Shown piece after piece: positions 11,901 through 20,126 of a stretch of 64,000 nucleotides of DNA. Below the pieces are notes generated by a model, which made no database searches, was not told where the DNA came from, and worked only from the letters and a program-made list of their open reading frames with translations. Both the position numbers and the translations under genes were made by a program. Position 1 is the first letter of the stretch; the number at the start of each line of letters is the position of its first letter. Source of the DNA: Candidatus Hydrogenedentota bacterium (lineage in GTDB: Bacteria > Hydrogenedentota > Hydrogenedentia > Hydrogenedentales > SLHB01); NCBI GenBank assembly GCA_963668025.2, contig CAXXTH010000018.1:192001-256000 (forward strand), given 5' to 3'.

Positions 11901-12379
11901 GCCGTGCCAGGCCCCGCCTCGACGACCTGCTTACTCCATTCGACCGCTTGGGCATAATCGGGATGCAGCGGATCAGTCGAATCAATAAGGCTAAGTAAAA
12001 AAAGGGAAGAAAGTGCAAATGGCGAATGCGGGTCTATTACCAAACATGCCTTGAAGCTTTTCCGAGCTTCATCAAAACGTGGAACGGGCTCCGTCCAATA
12101 AGACCATCCTGATAAAAAAGAAGCCGCGGCGCGTTGCGCTTGGGTAGCATCGGGAGATTGCGCGGCTTGTTCGAAATGCAGCCGTGCGCTTTCCCCGTCG
12201 AAGGGGATATTTTGCGGCACATCGAGGAAATCCAAGCCTTGCTGCAATTGCCGTTCCACGAACGGAAGTCCGTCATACGTCTTTTCTTGAAAACGAGTGG
12301 CGTCAATGCCCCAAACTACAGCGGCCAGCACAACAGCCGAAACGGCGGCGCGGCGAAACATTCGAAAAGAAATACTCAT
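8909..12379 (-). CDS. Fusion: TPR repeats + sugar-binding protein (family 1) + MalF-like ABC permease
   Basis: N-terminal anchor; TPR-like helices (GRRDEAIAVYKQIL); SBP motifs PDIVQ, YFYNKDVFRKAG, PQTWDEL, FLMFYTSPEAQ; C-terminal permease FIGLDNF, FEAAQMDG, GYAAALG. Confidence 0.88.
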   Translation of the reverse strand: MSISFRMFRRAAVSAVVLAAVVWGIDATRFQEKTYDGLPFVERQLQQGLDFLDVPQNIPFDGESARLHFEQAAQSPDATQAQRAAASFLSGWSYWTEPVPRFDEARKSFKACLVIDPHSPFALSSLFLLSLIDSTDPLHPDYAQAVEWSKQVVEAGPGTALASFATVGLAGLYREHFNDKANAALWYGRAADVAKETHILDERLGFRYLQGKFLQELGRRDEAIAVYKQILAEGENESGTWPDRVLDRLDELGVSVEKDYFPGIDLTPIPMAEYRYTPEKPVEIAVSFWILEKPGMRRAIEEIIRRYEERTPKVRVRLVDLPFSGYHDWLQSQILGREIPDIVQIDNTSAIRYGAYQSKLVETTPYLDKINPYTGIRWSSMYYPQFIMAARDPVFRRNWVISWASENTAYFYNKDVFRKAGIVQRDAAGNEVLGPDGKPLVAEPQTWDELIAAFKKLQDIGVYGEVCNFFPDPAPIIWQLPFYRKQLYNNLISKYDCIVPDDYPDPFEEAMCFLNGSLDLRDPEVAEPWKLLYEKCEYWAPGSTSMDIQQAFELFARGKAATIYWVSTDMPTFEKMCDFELGVFPFPLLAQSPGYDGVYSEEFTLSAFEFAVPKVTQERGTTDAVMDFLMFYTSPEAQELLSREAVCLAPIRGIKPPDKLEPFLRHMNRRGTFQVFFDPYTIAITKEPYWVDARDKLWNEQNRLMGSVPNYEYFQRQFGGSRETYQEWRTKQFDDFSKNLQDYFVFAYSRVVEDYPEDCKREVGRLQHRWLAAFRERYFPISNEKAQDAATLEIRMSDFWRGIVDNTGVVTRCESMIAPEMRAARYTELPLSFRAKKEIQRTIITAFLLLLGGVALFLLWSGVFARIICDFRYLRVLAPTLLLLGVFAYTPAASAIYHSFYRWNGSDISEFIGLDNFQALLTDGVLHHAIMVVLVFLVVNIIKFIPTVIVSVLLFHLANQRMQYIFRVIFVLPMAIPGIVGLLIWKYLYRMDGGLLNWLFVHAGLINAPVNWLGAENTVVPALLFIGFPWVSTIGVLILLAGLQSISTSVFEAAQMDGCGVARRLFAIELPLIMGQIKLNAVLVTIGTLQDFWLPLVLTRGGPNNASMLPGLWMYQNAFSYGKMGYAAALGVAMFIIILLLTYINMKLISTPQQEA

Positions 12380-12481
12380 ATGCGCCTGGCTATTCCTTCA
12401 ATGGTTCTACATTGCTTTTCCCAAGAGAAGAGTCTGAGGCGTTCAGTATGTTCCAAGCGTCGGCGAAAATCTAGGCGGAAT

Positions 12482-12513
12482 GGCCGGGAATCTTGTTGTC
12501 AAGACTCCCGGCC
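12482..12513. other. Intergenic stem-loop after DUF1559 gene (possible mRNA stabiliser or attenuator)
   Basis: GGCCGGGAATCTTG-TTGT-CAAGACTCCCGGCC; no clear U-tract. Confidence 0.45.
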
Positions 12514-12558
12514 CTTAGGAAAGGACCCTTAAACGCGAGAAGGCATTAGTTCGAGTAA

Positions 12559-13641
12559 TCAGCCCATGCCGCCATATACATGCGACCATTGGCTGAAGGT
12601 CGCGCCGGGCTGCCATATACTCGGCAGTTGTTCCGCATCTAGCGGCGGCTTTCCGGTCTTCGCATACCGCATGAAAGACACATGGCCGTCCATGTACAAG
12701 GCATTGATTCCGCCCGGCACATGGTTAAACACCAGCACCGCGCCCTGTCCCTGAGCGGCCGCGTCCGCGTTATCATTTCGGCCGTACGCGTCCCACATCA
12801 CCAGTAATTCGCTTTGTCCCATGGCGCCGCTCGCCGGATTATTGATGTCGGTGATGAAGAAACGTTCAACGCCTTCCCGAAGACGGCGTGCCTGGCCGGT
12901 GAACCGGGTGCCATCGTCATCGCGAGCGCCACTGGTTAACCACCATTTAACACCCGTGAAATCCGTGAGATCATCTTCACCAAGCTTCTCATAATAAATG
13001 ATGCTATCCCATGTCGATGGCCCGCCGACAGCGGCGATTTGTGCCTTATTCGAGGACGGGACGGAGTCTATCACCGCTAGCGGTCGCCAGTATTTCTCAT
13101 CTGCTACGGCATGAAATGCGAACATAATCTGCCCTGATGTTCTTGCCGCCCATGGATTATAGATATACGAGATGGGGAAGCTCAGAATAGCGTGGCGCAC
13201 GGCTTTGGCGACTTGGGGGTTCACGTTATCTTTGATGGACGCGACCTGTGCGGACACATCCTCATCAATCCCCGGGAACGGGCTCTGGAAATTAGGAAGG
13301 CTCGATGCGCCTCCCATGGGCGCGCGGGCATCGGACGGGCAGAGCATGATCTTCGCATCATTCCAGTAGTCCGGATAAACTTCCGCGCTGTTGACGCCCC
13401 GCCACCATGTCCATGAATTGGCCTTGTATCCGCCGCCTCCGGGGAACATGCCGCCTTTCGACTCACCGGCGTACATCTTGAAGATAATGCCCCACTGTTT
13501 GAGGTTGCTGGCGCATGAAGCGCGCCGGGCAGCCTCCCGCGCCCTCGCCAATGCCGGCAATAAAATAGCCGCAAGAATAGCGATGATCGCGATAACCACC
13601 AACAATTCGATGAGGGTGAATCCCGATTTGACCTTTCGCAT
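12559..13641 (-). CDS. DUF1559 prepilin-type N-terminal cleavage/methylation protein with H-X9-DG motif
   Basis: [43 protein letters not shown]; [17 protein letters not shown]. Confidence 0.95.
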   Translation of the reverse strand: MRKVKSGFTLIELLVVIAIIAILAAILLPALARAREAARRASCASNLKQWGIIFKMYAGESKGGMFPGGGGYKANSWTWWRGVNSAEVYPDYWNDAKIMLCPSDARAPMGGASSLPNFQSPFPGIDEDVSAQVASIKDNVNPQVAKAVRHAILSFPISYIYNPWAARTSGQIMFAFHAVADEKYWRPLAVIDSVPSSNKAQIAAVGGPSTWDSIIYYEKLGEDDLTDFTGVKWWLTSGARDDDGTRFTGQARRLREGVERFFITDINNPASGAMGQSELLVMWDAYGRNDNADAAAQGQGAVLVFNHVPGGINALYMDGHVSFMRYAKTGKPPLDAEQLPSIWQPGATFSQWSHVYGGMG

Positions 13642-13766
13642 GTTCAGATCCTCCTATGCGAGAAAATAAAGCTCCTGATGAGTCCCGGGCATTCCAGATA
13701 GGCCATCCATCCGAAATACCCATAATGCAGTAATTCAATTGTTTTAACTTACAGGCGTTTCACCTG

Positions 13767-14672
13767 TTAACAGCCTTGCTGCACAAGCTCCGTCCCTAGA
13801 AAATGAGCCGCGAAAAACTCCGCGAACGCGTCATAATCCACCGCCGTGCAGACTTGCACGATGCTTTCTTCATTTTCACGAGCCCGGGTGACCCCATAAT
13901 GCGGGGTGGGGCTCAAATCCACTTCCACATCCATCGGAGTAAACTCGAAAAGCTCAGGAGCGGCCAAACACCCTATCGCAAGCGGATCATGCAAGACCGG
14001 CTGCGTTTTCTCGAAGCGGGCCATCCAGCCACGAGTCATGGCGTTGACATATTGAAAATAGGGCCGACGGTCGCTTCCCAATGCTTCCAATAGTGGCATG
14101 GCCATCAAGCAATTCACCGAAATGTCAAATGGAACCACCCGCATAGGAATGCCCGCGTGGTACACGGTCTGCGCCGCTTCCGGATCTAAAAGCATATTCC
14201 ATTCCGCGACTTCCCGCCCAAAATACGAGCCCATGATGACAATCTCTTCTATCTTCGACTTGCACTCGGGATATTGCATCAACAGAGAAGCAATATTTGT
14301 CAACGGTCCAATCCCGGTTAATGTCAGAGGCTCCTCGGACTCATCCAGCATATGCTTCATGAATTCCACTCCGGGCGTATTGGAAATAGCAGGAAAGGAT
14401 TCGCCCCCATCGAGAATGACAGCTTGCGACGTAATAAAACCCATATGCGGAGGGCGTTTCTTGAGCGGCTCGCCCAAGCCCGCCGCCACTGGAATATCGT
14501 TTCGTCCTGCGGCTTCCAGCAGTTTCGCGGTGATACGGGCGCGAATATCTACCTCGTCATACACGGTCACTACACCCCGGACATCCAGATTGGCCGCATG
14601 AAGCGCTACGGTGAGCGCCAACGCATCATCTATGTCGTCCCCAATATCGGTATCTAGGATGATGTTCTTCAC
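13767..14672 (-). CDS. Nucleoside hydrolase (IU-NH family)
   Basis: DTDIGDDIDD, IGPLTN, AEWN...DPEAA, LHDPLA; probable GTG start after GAAGGA. Confidence 0.9.
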   Translation of the reverse strand: MKNIILDTDIGDDIDDALALTVALHAANLDVRGVVTVYDEVDIRARITAKLLEAAGRNDIPVAAGLGEPLKKRPPHMGFITSQAVILDGGESFPAISNTPGVEFMKHMLDESEEPLTLTGIGPLTNIASLLMQYPECKSKIEEIVIMGSYFGREVAEWNMLLDPEAAQTVYHAGIPMRVVPFDISVNCLMAMPLLEALGSDRRPYFQYVNAMTRGWMARFEKTQPVLHDPLAIGCLAAPELFEFTPMDVEVDLSPTPHYGVTRARENEESIVQVCTAVDYDAFAEFFAAHFLGTELVQQGC

Positions 14673-14817
14673 ATTAATTCCTTCATACGCATCCGCGTTG
14701 TTTGCCTTTTGAGCTGCCATTCTTTTAGATGTTTGGGGCCGCCAAGGCGGGTTGAAAGGCCTGCTTCGCACGGCCTTGGCAGCCCCAATACCATGATTCA
14801 ATTACCTGCTTGCTTGG

Positions 14818-15882
14818 TTATGCGGCGCATTTACGCAGTAGGGCAGCGCCCACGCCCAACCCAAGCAACACTAATGCGGCTAAGCCATATCCAGAAAGCG
14901 ACGGAAGATCACCGCCACTGCCGGGATACGACAGCGGATCATTCGGATCCGTCCCAGCGGTGACTTCAGCGCCATCGTTGTACGTATCATCATCGGAATC
15001 CGCGTCATTAGGATCCGTGCCGGTATCCGTCGGGCTCACGTACACGCCCGTATCGGTTTCCACGGAGTCATCTAGTCCATCGCCATCCGAATCCACGGGC
15101 CCTTGGGTCCAAGTACGGACAACAGTGGAGATACGAACTTCGTCAATGTAACCAGTGTAATTCTCGTTTTGCCACGGTGCGGCGCCAATAACAAGCCAAT
15201 CATTGACGGTCGGAACGCGGGGAGGGAGCGCTTCGCCTGTGTCATTGGAGGCCACTTCCTCGCCATTCAAATAGAGAGCAATCCTCTGGCCGTCATAAGT
15301 GCCCGCAACGTGATACCATTGGCCTTCCACCAACCCCAGATCAGGCGCTGCCAATGCCGCGGCCGAACCATCGAAAGGATCGTTCTGGCTACGGGCCACC
15401 CAGAAGTCGATGCCATCTCCATTCTCGTCGTGAATAAGGTCGAGAAAGTAAGTGCTACCCCACGCCACGATGCGCTCATAACCGCCGAAACCCATCGGCT
15501 TGATCCACGCCTCAACAGTTATGGCAGTCCCAAATCCCATGGCATCCAAAGTGCCTTGATCGTTGATCAGGGCATCAACCCGCGGCCAACTGTCGTCGCC
15601 CGAAAAGAAAACACTCTCGCCAAAACCCGTGCCCGGATTATCCGCGGCATAAGGATCGCTCTCCGGATCGTTCGCTACATTGGTGCGCCAGGCGCCCCAT
15701 CCTGTGGGTCCGGCATTTGGCACAAAATTCACGCCATTCGCGTGCTCATGTGTGTTGAAGTCGAATAAGAACGCCGTCGACGCATCCGCGTCATACGGCT
15801 GGGTATAGTCTGTGTAGTTTTGGGCCCATCCACATGAGGCTAGAAGCAGCACGGCAAGAGTAACGGTCACATACTGTCTCAT
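14818..15882 (-). CDS. Surface-anchored LamG-domain protein with Asp-rich (TSP3-like) repeats and C-terminal anchor
   Basis: Signal peptide; ITVEAWIK, QWYHVAGTYDG, GYIDEVRIS; DSDGDGLDD, DSDDD.Y.DG.E; LPSL+TM+RK tail. Confidence 0.85.
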   Translation of the reverse strand: MRQYVTVTLAVLLLASCGWAQNYTDYTQPYDADASTAFLFDFNTHEHANGVNFVPNAGPTGWGAWRTNVANDPESDPYAADNPGTGFGESVFFSGDDSWPRVDALINDQGTLDAMGFGTAITVEAWIKPMGFGGYERIVAWGSTYFLDLIHDENGDGIDFWVARSQNDPFDGSAAALAAPDLGLVEGQWYHVAGTYDGQRIALYLNGEEVASNDTGEALPPRVPTVNDWLVIGAAPWQNENYTGYIDEVRISTVVRTWTQGPVDSDGDGLDDSVETDTGVYVSPTDTGTDPNDADSDDDTYNDGAEVTAGTDPNDPLSYPGSGGDLPSLSGYGLAALVLLGLGVGAALLRKCAA

Positions 15883-16056
15883 CTCCATCTCCTCCATTGA
15901 AGTGTTAGCCGCACCTGAAGAACAGCCCCTTGACTGTCTGGCCACGGCCATTTCTATCAACCACGCACGACTTAGCGCTGTTCACACCGGGAACAGCCCT
16001 TTAACAACCGCTGGAAAATGCCAATCTGAAACATTTAAGTAAACAGGCGAAAAAAA

Positions 16057-16382
16057 TCATACCGAAGACTCTCGAACCGCGAAATATGGGGTGAACAGCA
16101 CCTCGCCAGCATATTGCCCTCTATTCCCAGTCATCCGTACGATAACCTGCATCATGGCCACACCCAGCTTAACCTTGAAAAAACCCATCGCCATCTACTT
16201 CTCTTCCCTCCTTCCCGAGATAATCCGCTCCTCTATACTCGCGCCCTTATGGACATGCTCATTCCGGTAACCCACGTGGCCTTCTACCCTGCCCACCTCC
16301 CTTTGCCGTTCAGGACATAGGAAACCGACGCTGTCGACACATTCGCCAACGCTGCAATATCGCTCAGACGCACCCGCACCAT
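16057..16382 (-). pseudogene. Collapsed LacI-family paralog: HTH fragment (16284-16382) and C-terminal fragment (16057-16194)
   Basis: MVRVRLSDIAALANVSTASVSYVLNGKGRWAG* matches the LacI N-terminus; KVKLGVAMMQVIVRM..EVLFTPYFAVRESSV* matches the LacI C-terminus KVRLGEAMVQAILRM..EVLFPPVLRVRESS. Confidence 0.88.
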
Positions 16383-16451
16383 TGCCACCCTTCTCGCTCG
16401 CCAGGCGAAGCCCGGATTTGGCTTCCAGCACCCTCAGCGGCCCCAAATCGA

Positions 16452-16513
16452 CAACTTAATTGTTTGGGTTAAACAAGTAAGGTTAAAATATACCAAAAAC
16501 TCGATTATGTCAA
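16452..16513 (-). promoter_or_regulatory. Sigma70-type promoter with downstream palindromic operator (copy 1)
   Basis: Minus strand TTGACA-N17-TATTTT followed by TTGTTT-AACCC-AAACAA; near-identical copy at 19917-19978. Confidence 0.75.
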
Positions 16514-16964
16514 TAGGCTTTTTTCACCTCTTCTACCTCATCAAAGAGATCCTCCCGCATGCGTCACGGCCATCCTAGACAGGAGTTCCACAAAAAATGG
16601 GGGTTGATAACTGCAACTAATTGTATTGAATAGAGTTACCCGTCTATAGAAGTTTCCTTGTCGAATTTTGGGGGATTTTTTGCATCCTAGATACTTTACA
16701 ATCCGGAGAACTAGATATATAATGAGTCTTAGAATTTGGTAGGGGGGACTGCTAGGGTAGAAGTGAATTCGTATGGCGGCATAGGCTCCTGACCAAGCTC
16801 TAGTTTTGAGCGCAGTGAGGAATCGCTTGATATTCCGGGCGCTCGTTTTACAGGTGCTCATTCGCTTGCGTTCAGCATAGTTTCGGGATCTTGTTTTTAG
16901 GGGTAGCGTCTAGTTTTTGGTTGGACGGGTCAACATGGAAAAACTCAAAGGGAGGTATCTCGAG

Positions 16965-18467
16965 ATGAACACACGTCATAGAAGACAAGTGGCCTTAGGC
17001 GTCATTCTCATTGCCCTGAGTGTAGCGCCATGGGCATTCGCCGATTGGACCTATTACAAGACACCGCCGACAGATCCAGGTCCGTCATATGCCGGGCTGG
17101 TGATAACTGATGATGCAGGAGGCGATGAGGACCAGATACTCCTACCAGCACATGCCGACACGGCGATCTTTCAAGGGGGATCCGGGAGGTACGCTGCCTA
17201 TTTCGAAGAGGAGACCGATGTAAACGGGAACACATACTACGACCTGGTGTTTGCGACGCACATGTACAATGACACCTGGAGTGTAGAAGATACGGGCATC
17301 TCCGTACCGTACGACAACGGTTACACACCCCCGACAAACTGGGGTGTCAGCAACCTCCGCGTGAGCCTCGCTGTTACATCCTCTGGTTCGCCCGTGATAG
17401 CGTACGCGTATGATGTCCTCCTGGCTGATAGTCTCGCAGTACTTAGCGATAGGTACCAGTACGTCATGTGCGTATGGAAGTCAGGTGCTAACTGGGTCGC
17501 GCCATCAACAGTAGATACCTGGCAACCCTATCCATATGACTATCCTCATAATGGACCACTCGAGGGTGATTTCACGCAGCTCCAGATCTCACTTGCCCTG
17601 CGCAGAGACAACGTACCTGTAGTCGGATACACTCAAAATAGTTGCTGTTCCTTTTGGGATGCTGATGAGGGAAAGTACCTTTGTACCTATCGCTCGCGAA
17701 TAAACTGCAAGTACCAAAACGGTGCTAACTGGACTGACTTGGTCGGAAGCACCATCGGGAACAGCATCTCGGAGTGTTATTTAGGCGACCCGCAAATATG
17801 GAATAAGAATACGGACATTTCACTGGATATGGATCCCTCCGCGAGTTCCGCAGCGACAGAGTGTCGAATAGCATATTCCGGTCACCACCGCGGCCAGAGT
17901 CCGATCATGGATTGTGTATTCTACCTATACTGGAATCCCTCGAATCTGCGTTGGATCAAGGAGGTTCCGTACTGGACAACAACTGTCAAGTCGGCGTGGA
18001 CTCAAAATGATGCGTCCGTGGCGCTTGCTATGGCCAATGATGGCACCGCCCATGTGGCTTTCCAGAACAACGAAGACTCCGACGACGACTCACATACCTA
18101 TTACACGAAACGGACCGCTCCATCGACGTGGACCGCCAAGCAAGACGTGGTCTCGAGTTGGCCAGAAGGTTGGTATCGAACGAAACTTGGCGACATCGAT
18201 CTCGACTATAGTCAGCGGCCGTGCGTTGCGTTGATGTGGTACGACAGCGACGGATACGAGCATCTCGGGTGCTATGTGGCAAGAGCTGCGGACAGCTGGG
18301 CGTATAATGCGAATAACATTGTATTCGGGACTGTATATGCGGCTGATTGGCGACCCCGCTTGTCGACCGGTGGATACTACGGGCTCGTCAGTTGCGCCAC
18401 GGAGCGAATTTCGTTTCCACTCCCGTCGACTTCGTTCGGGGCAATGGCGATGGGAACCCTTTATTGA
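16965..18467 (+). CDS. Secreted hypothetical protein, probable beta-propeller
   Basis: GGAGG RBS; signal peptide ..APWAFA; repeated blades SLAVTSSGSPVIAY, ISLALRRDNVPVVGY, VALAMANDGTAHVAF, DIDLDYSQRPCVAL. Confidence 0.7.
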   Translation: MNTRHRRQVALGVILIALSVAPWAFADWTYYKTPPTDPGPSYAGLVITDDAGGDEDQILLPAHADTAIFQGGSGRYAAYFEEETDVNGNTYYDLVFATHMYNDTWSVEDTGISVPYDNGYTPPTNWGVSNLRVSLAVTSSGSPVIAYAYDVLLADSLAVLSDRYQYVMCVWKSGANWVAPSTVDTWQPYPYDYPHNGPLEGDFTQLQISLALRRDNVPVVGYTQNSCCSFWDADEGKYLCTYRSRINCKYQNGANWTDLVGSTIGNSISECYLGDPQIWNKNTDISLDMDPSASSAATECRIAYSGHHRGQSPIMDCVFYLYWNPSNLRWIKEVPYWTTTVKSAWTQNDASVALAMANDGTAHVAFQNNEDSDDDSHTYYTKRTAPSTWTAKQDVVSSWPEGWYRTKLGDIDLDYSQRPCVALMWYDSDGYEHLGCYVARAADSWAYNANNIVFGTVYAADWRPRLSTGGYYGLVSCATERISFPLPSTSFGAMAMGTLY

Positions 18468-18527
18468 TTCTACGAAAAGGCATCCTTAGCAGTAGGCGAT
18501 ATTTGCCCCATCTCTACCATTCAAAAG

Positions 18528-18556
18528 CCGGGGAGCGCATGCGATGCGCCTCCCGG
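18528..18556. terminator. Hairpin between convergent genes, probable terminator
   Basis: CCGGGGAGCGCAT-GCG-ATGCGCCTCCCGG, followed by TTTT on the minus strand. Confidence 0.5.
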
Positions 18557-18839
18557 AAAGATATCGTGTGAGATAGATCATATCGATCTGATATACGTCC
18601 GCTTAGAAAGATAATCAGCGTAGGATTTCTTCGCTTCTTGCGGTTCTTGTGCAATCCAATTCATCTATACCGCTAGATCGATCAGAACTGTTTAAGTGAA
18701 CACCTCTCAGAAAATACCCTTCTTCTTAAGAAAACCTCACCACCGTCTACTTCTCTTCCCTCCTTCGCGTAGTGGTTAGCCGCTATATATTTGCACTTTC
18801 CAGCACCCTGTTCATTCCGGCGACCCAAGCAGCCTTCTA

Positions 18840-19865
18840 CTATGCCGCTCCGCTCGATTCCCTGACACGCAGCACCGGCGGAAACAACACCTCGTCCGTT
18901 TCCTGGGTCCGGGTCTCGATCATGCGCAAAATCGCCTGCACCATCGCTTCGCCTAGCCGCACTTTCGGCAGCCCAATAGTCGTCAACGTCGGCCTGCTGA
19001 TCTGTGCATATTCGCTATCATCGAAACCCGTTATCATGAAATCTTCCGGGATCCGAATACCGCGCTTGCACAACACATTCATGATGGGTATGGCGGTCCG
19101 ATCCGAAACAGCCGCTATGCCATCCAGCTTTCGGCCCGTCACTTCTTCCATGATCCGCTCCGCGAAATCCGGCGAATTCTCACCCAAATTTACAACCACG
19201 CCGCGCTCGCGCGGTATTCCCGCATCCTCCAGCGCTTGATAATACCCTCGAATACGCGCCTCCTGGACAATGCGCAGATAATCCACCTCGGAAAAAGTGG
19301 GCGCGGTGAAAAATCCGATATTCTGGCACCCCTGTGCGATAAGATGCGCCGTGGCCATATAGGAGCCTTCCCGGTCGTCGAAGGTCATAAATTTCAAATC
19401 CAGCTCCGAATCGGCCCTCCGGCGGAAACATACCGTAGGCACATGATTCTGAATGAAGTACCGCATATGGTCGAGATGGACATCCACCGGCAGAATCACC
19501 ACGCCATCCACCCGGCGCGCCATCAGGCTCTTCATGTAACTGACTTCCCGTTCAATCGAGTTGAACGTGCTGCTGAACAGGATCTGGTAATCGCTTTTTT
19601 CGCCCTCTCCCTCGATCCCGCGAAGCAGATCCGCATAGAAGTCCGCGCAGTGCGGCGAGATGAGCGCGATGAGGTTGTACCGGCCACTCTTCAAGAACGA
19701 AGCCGTCCGGTTGGGCACGAAGCCCTTTTCCTCCGCGATGCGTTTGATGCGCTCGGATGTCTCATCGCTGATGCCCGCCCGCTTTCCCTTGCCATTCAAG
19801 ACATAGGAAACCGTCGCGGTCGAGACATTCGCCAAGGCGGCGATATCACTTAAACGCACACGCAC
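18840..19865 (-). CDS. LacI-family transcriptional regulator
   Basis: HTH LSDIAALANVSTATVSYVLNG; VDGVVI; IPEDFMITGFDD; PTLTTI; VRESS. Confidence 0.95.
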   Translation of the reverse strand: MRVRLSDIAALANVSTATVSYVLNGKGKRAGISDETSERIKRIAEEKGFVPNRTASFLKSGRYNLIALISPHCADFYADLLRGIEGEGEKSDYQILFSSTFNSIEREVSYMKSLMARRVDGVVILPVDVHLDHMRYFIQNHVPTVCFRRRADSELDLKFMTFDDREGSYMATAHLIAQGCQNIGFFTAPTFSEVDYLRIVQEARIRGYYQALEDAGIPRERGVVVNLGENSPDFAERIMEEVTGRKLDGIAAVSDRTAIPIMNVLCKRGIRIPEDFMITGFDDSEYAQISRPTLTTIGLPKVRLGEAMVQAILRMIETRTQETDEVLFPPVLRVRESSGAA

Positions 19866-19916
19866 GAGATGCTATCCTTTTCGCCCATTCATCAAGGCCG
19901 CTGGGCCTCGATTCAT

Positions 19917-19978
19917 CAACTTAATTGTTTGGGTTAAACAAGTAAGCTTAAAATATACCAAAATCCATTATTTGTCAA
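19917..19978 (-). promoter_or_regulatory. Sigma70-type promoter with palindromic operator upstream of lacI (copy 2; probable autoregulation)
   Basis: 47 nt identical to copy 1 except one base, and the same spacing to TTGACA. Confidence 0.75.
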
Positions 19979-20126
19979 TACCTATTTTTGACCCGCAATC
20001 CCCGCAAAATCCACCCTCGATACAAGAGCGAAAAATCCAATCCAAACACCTTGCGCCGCATGCTTTTACCCCTCCCGCCAGGATGGTACAATGCCGCGTG
20101 TATCACCCACATTCGAGAATCCATTC

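Noticed and set aside
16452-19978. attL/attR of an integrated element
   Set aside because: The repeat is a promoter-operator accompanied by lacI remnants, and no integrase is present.
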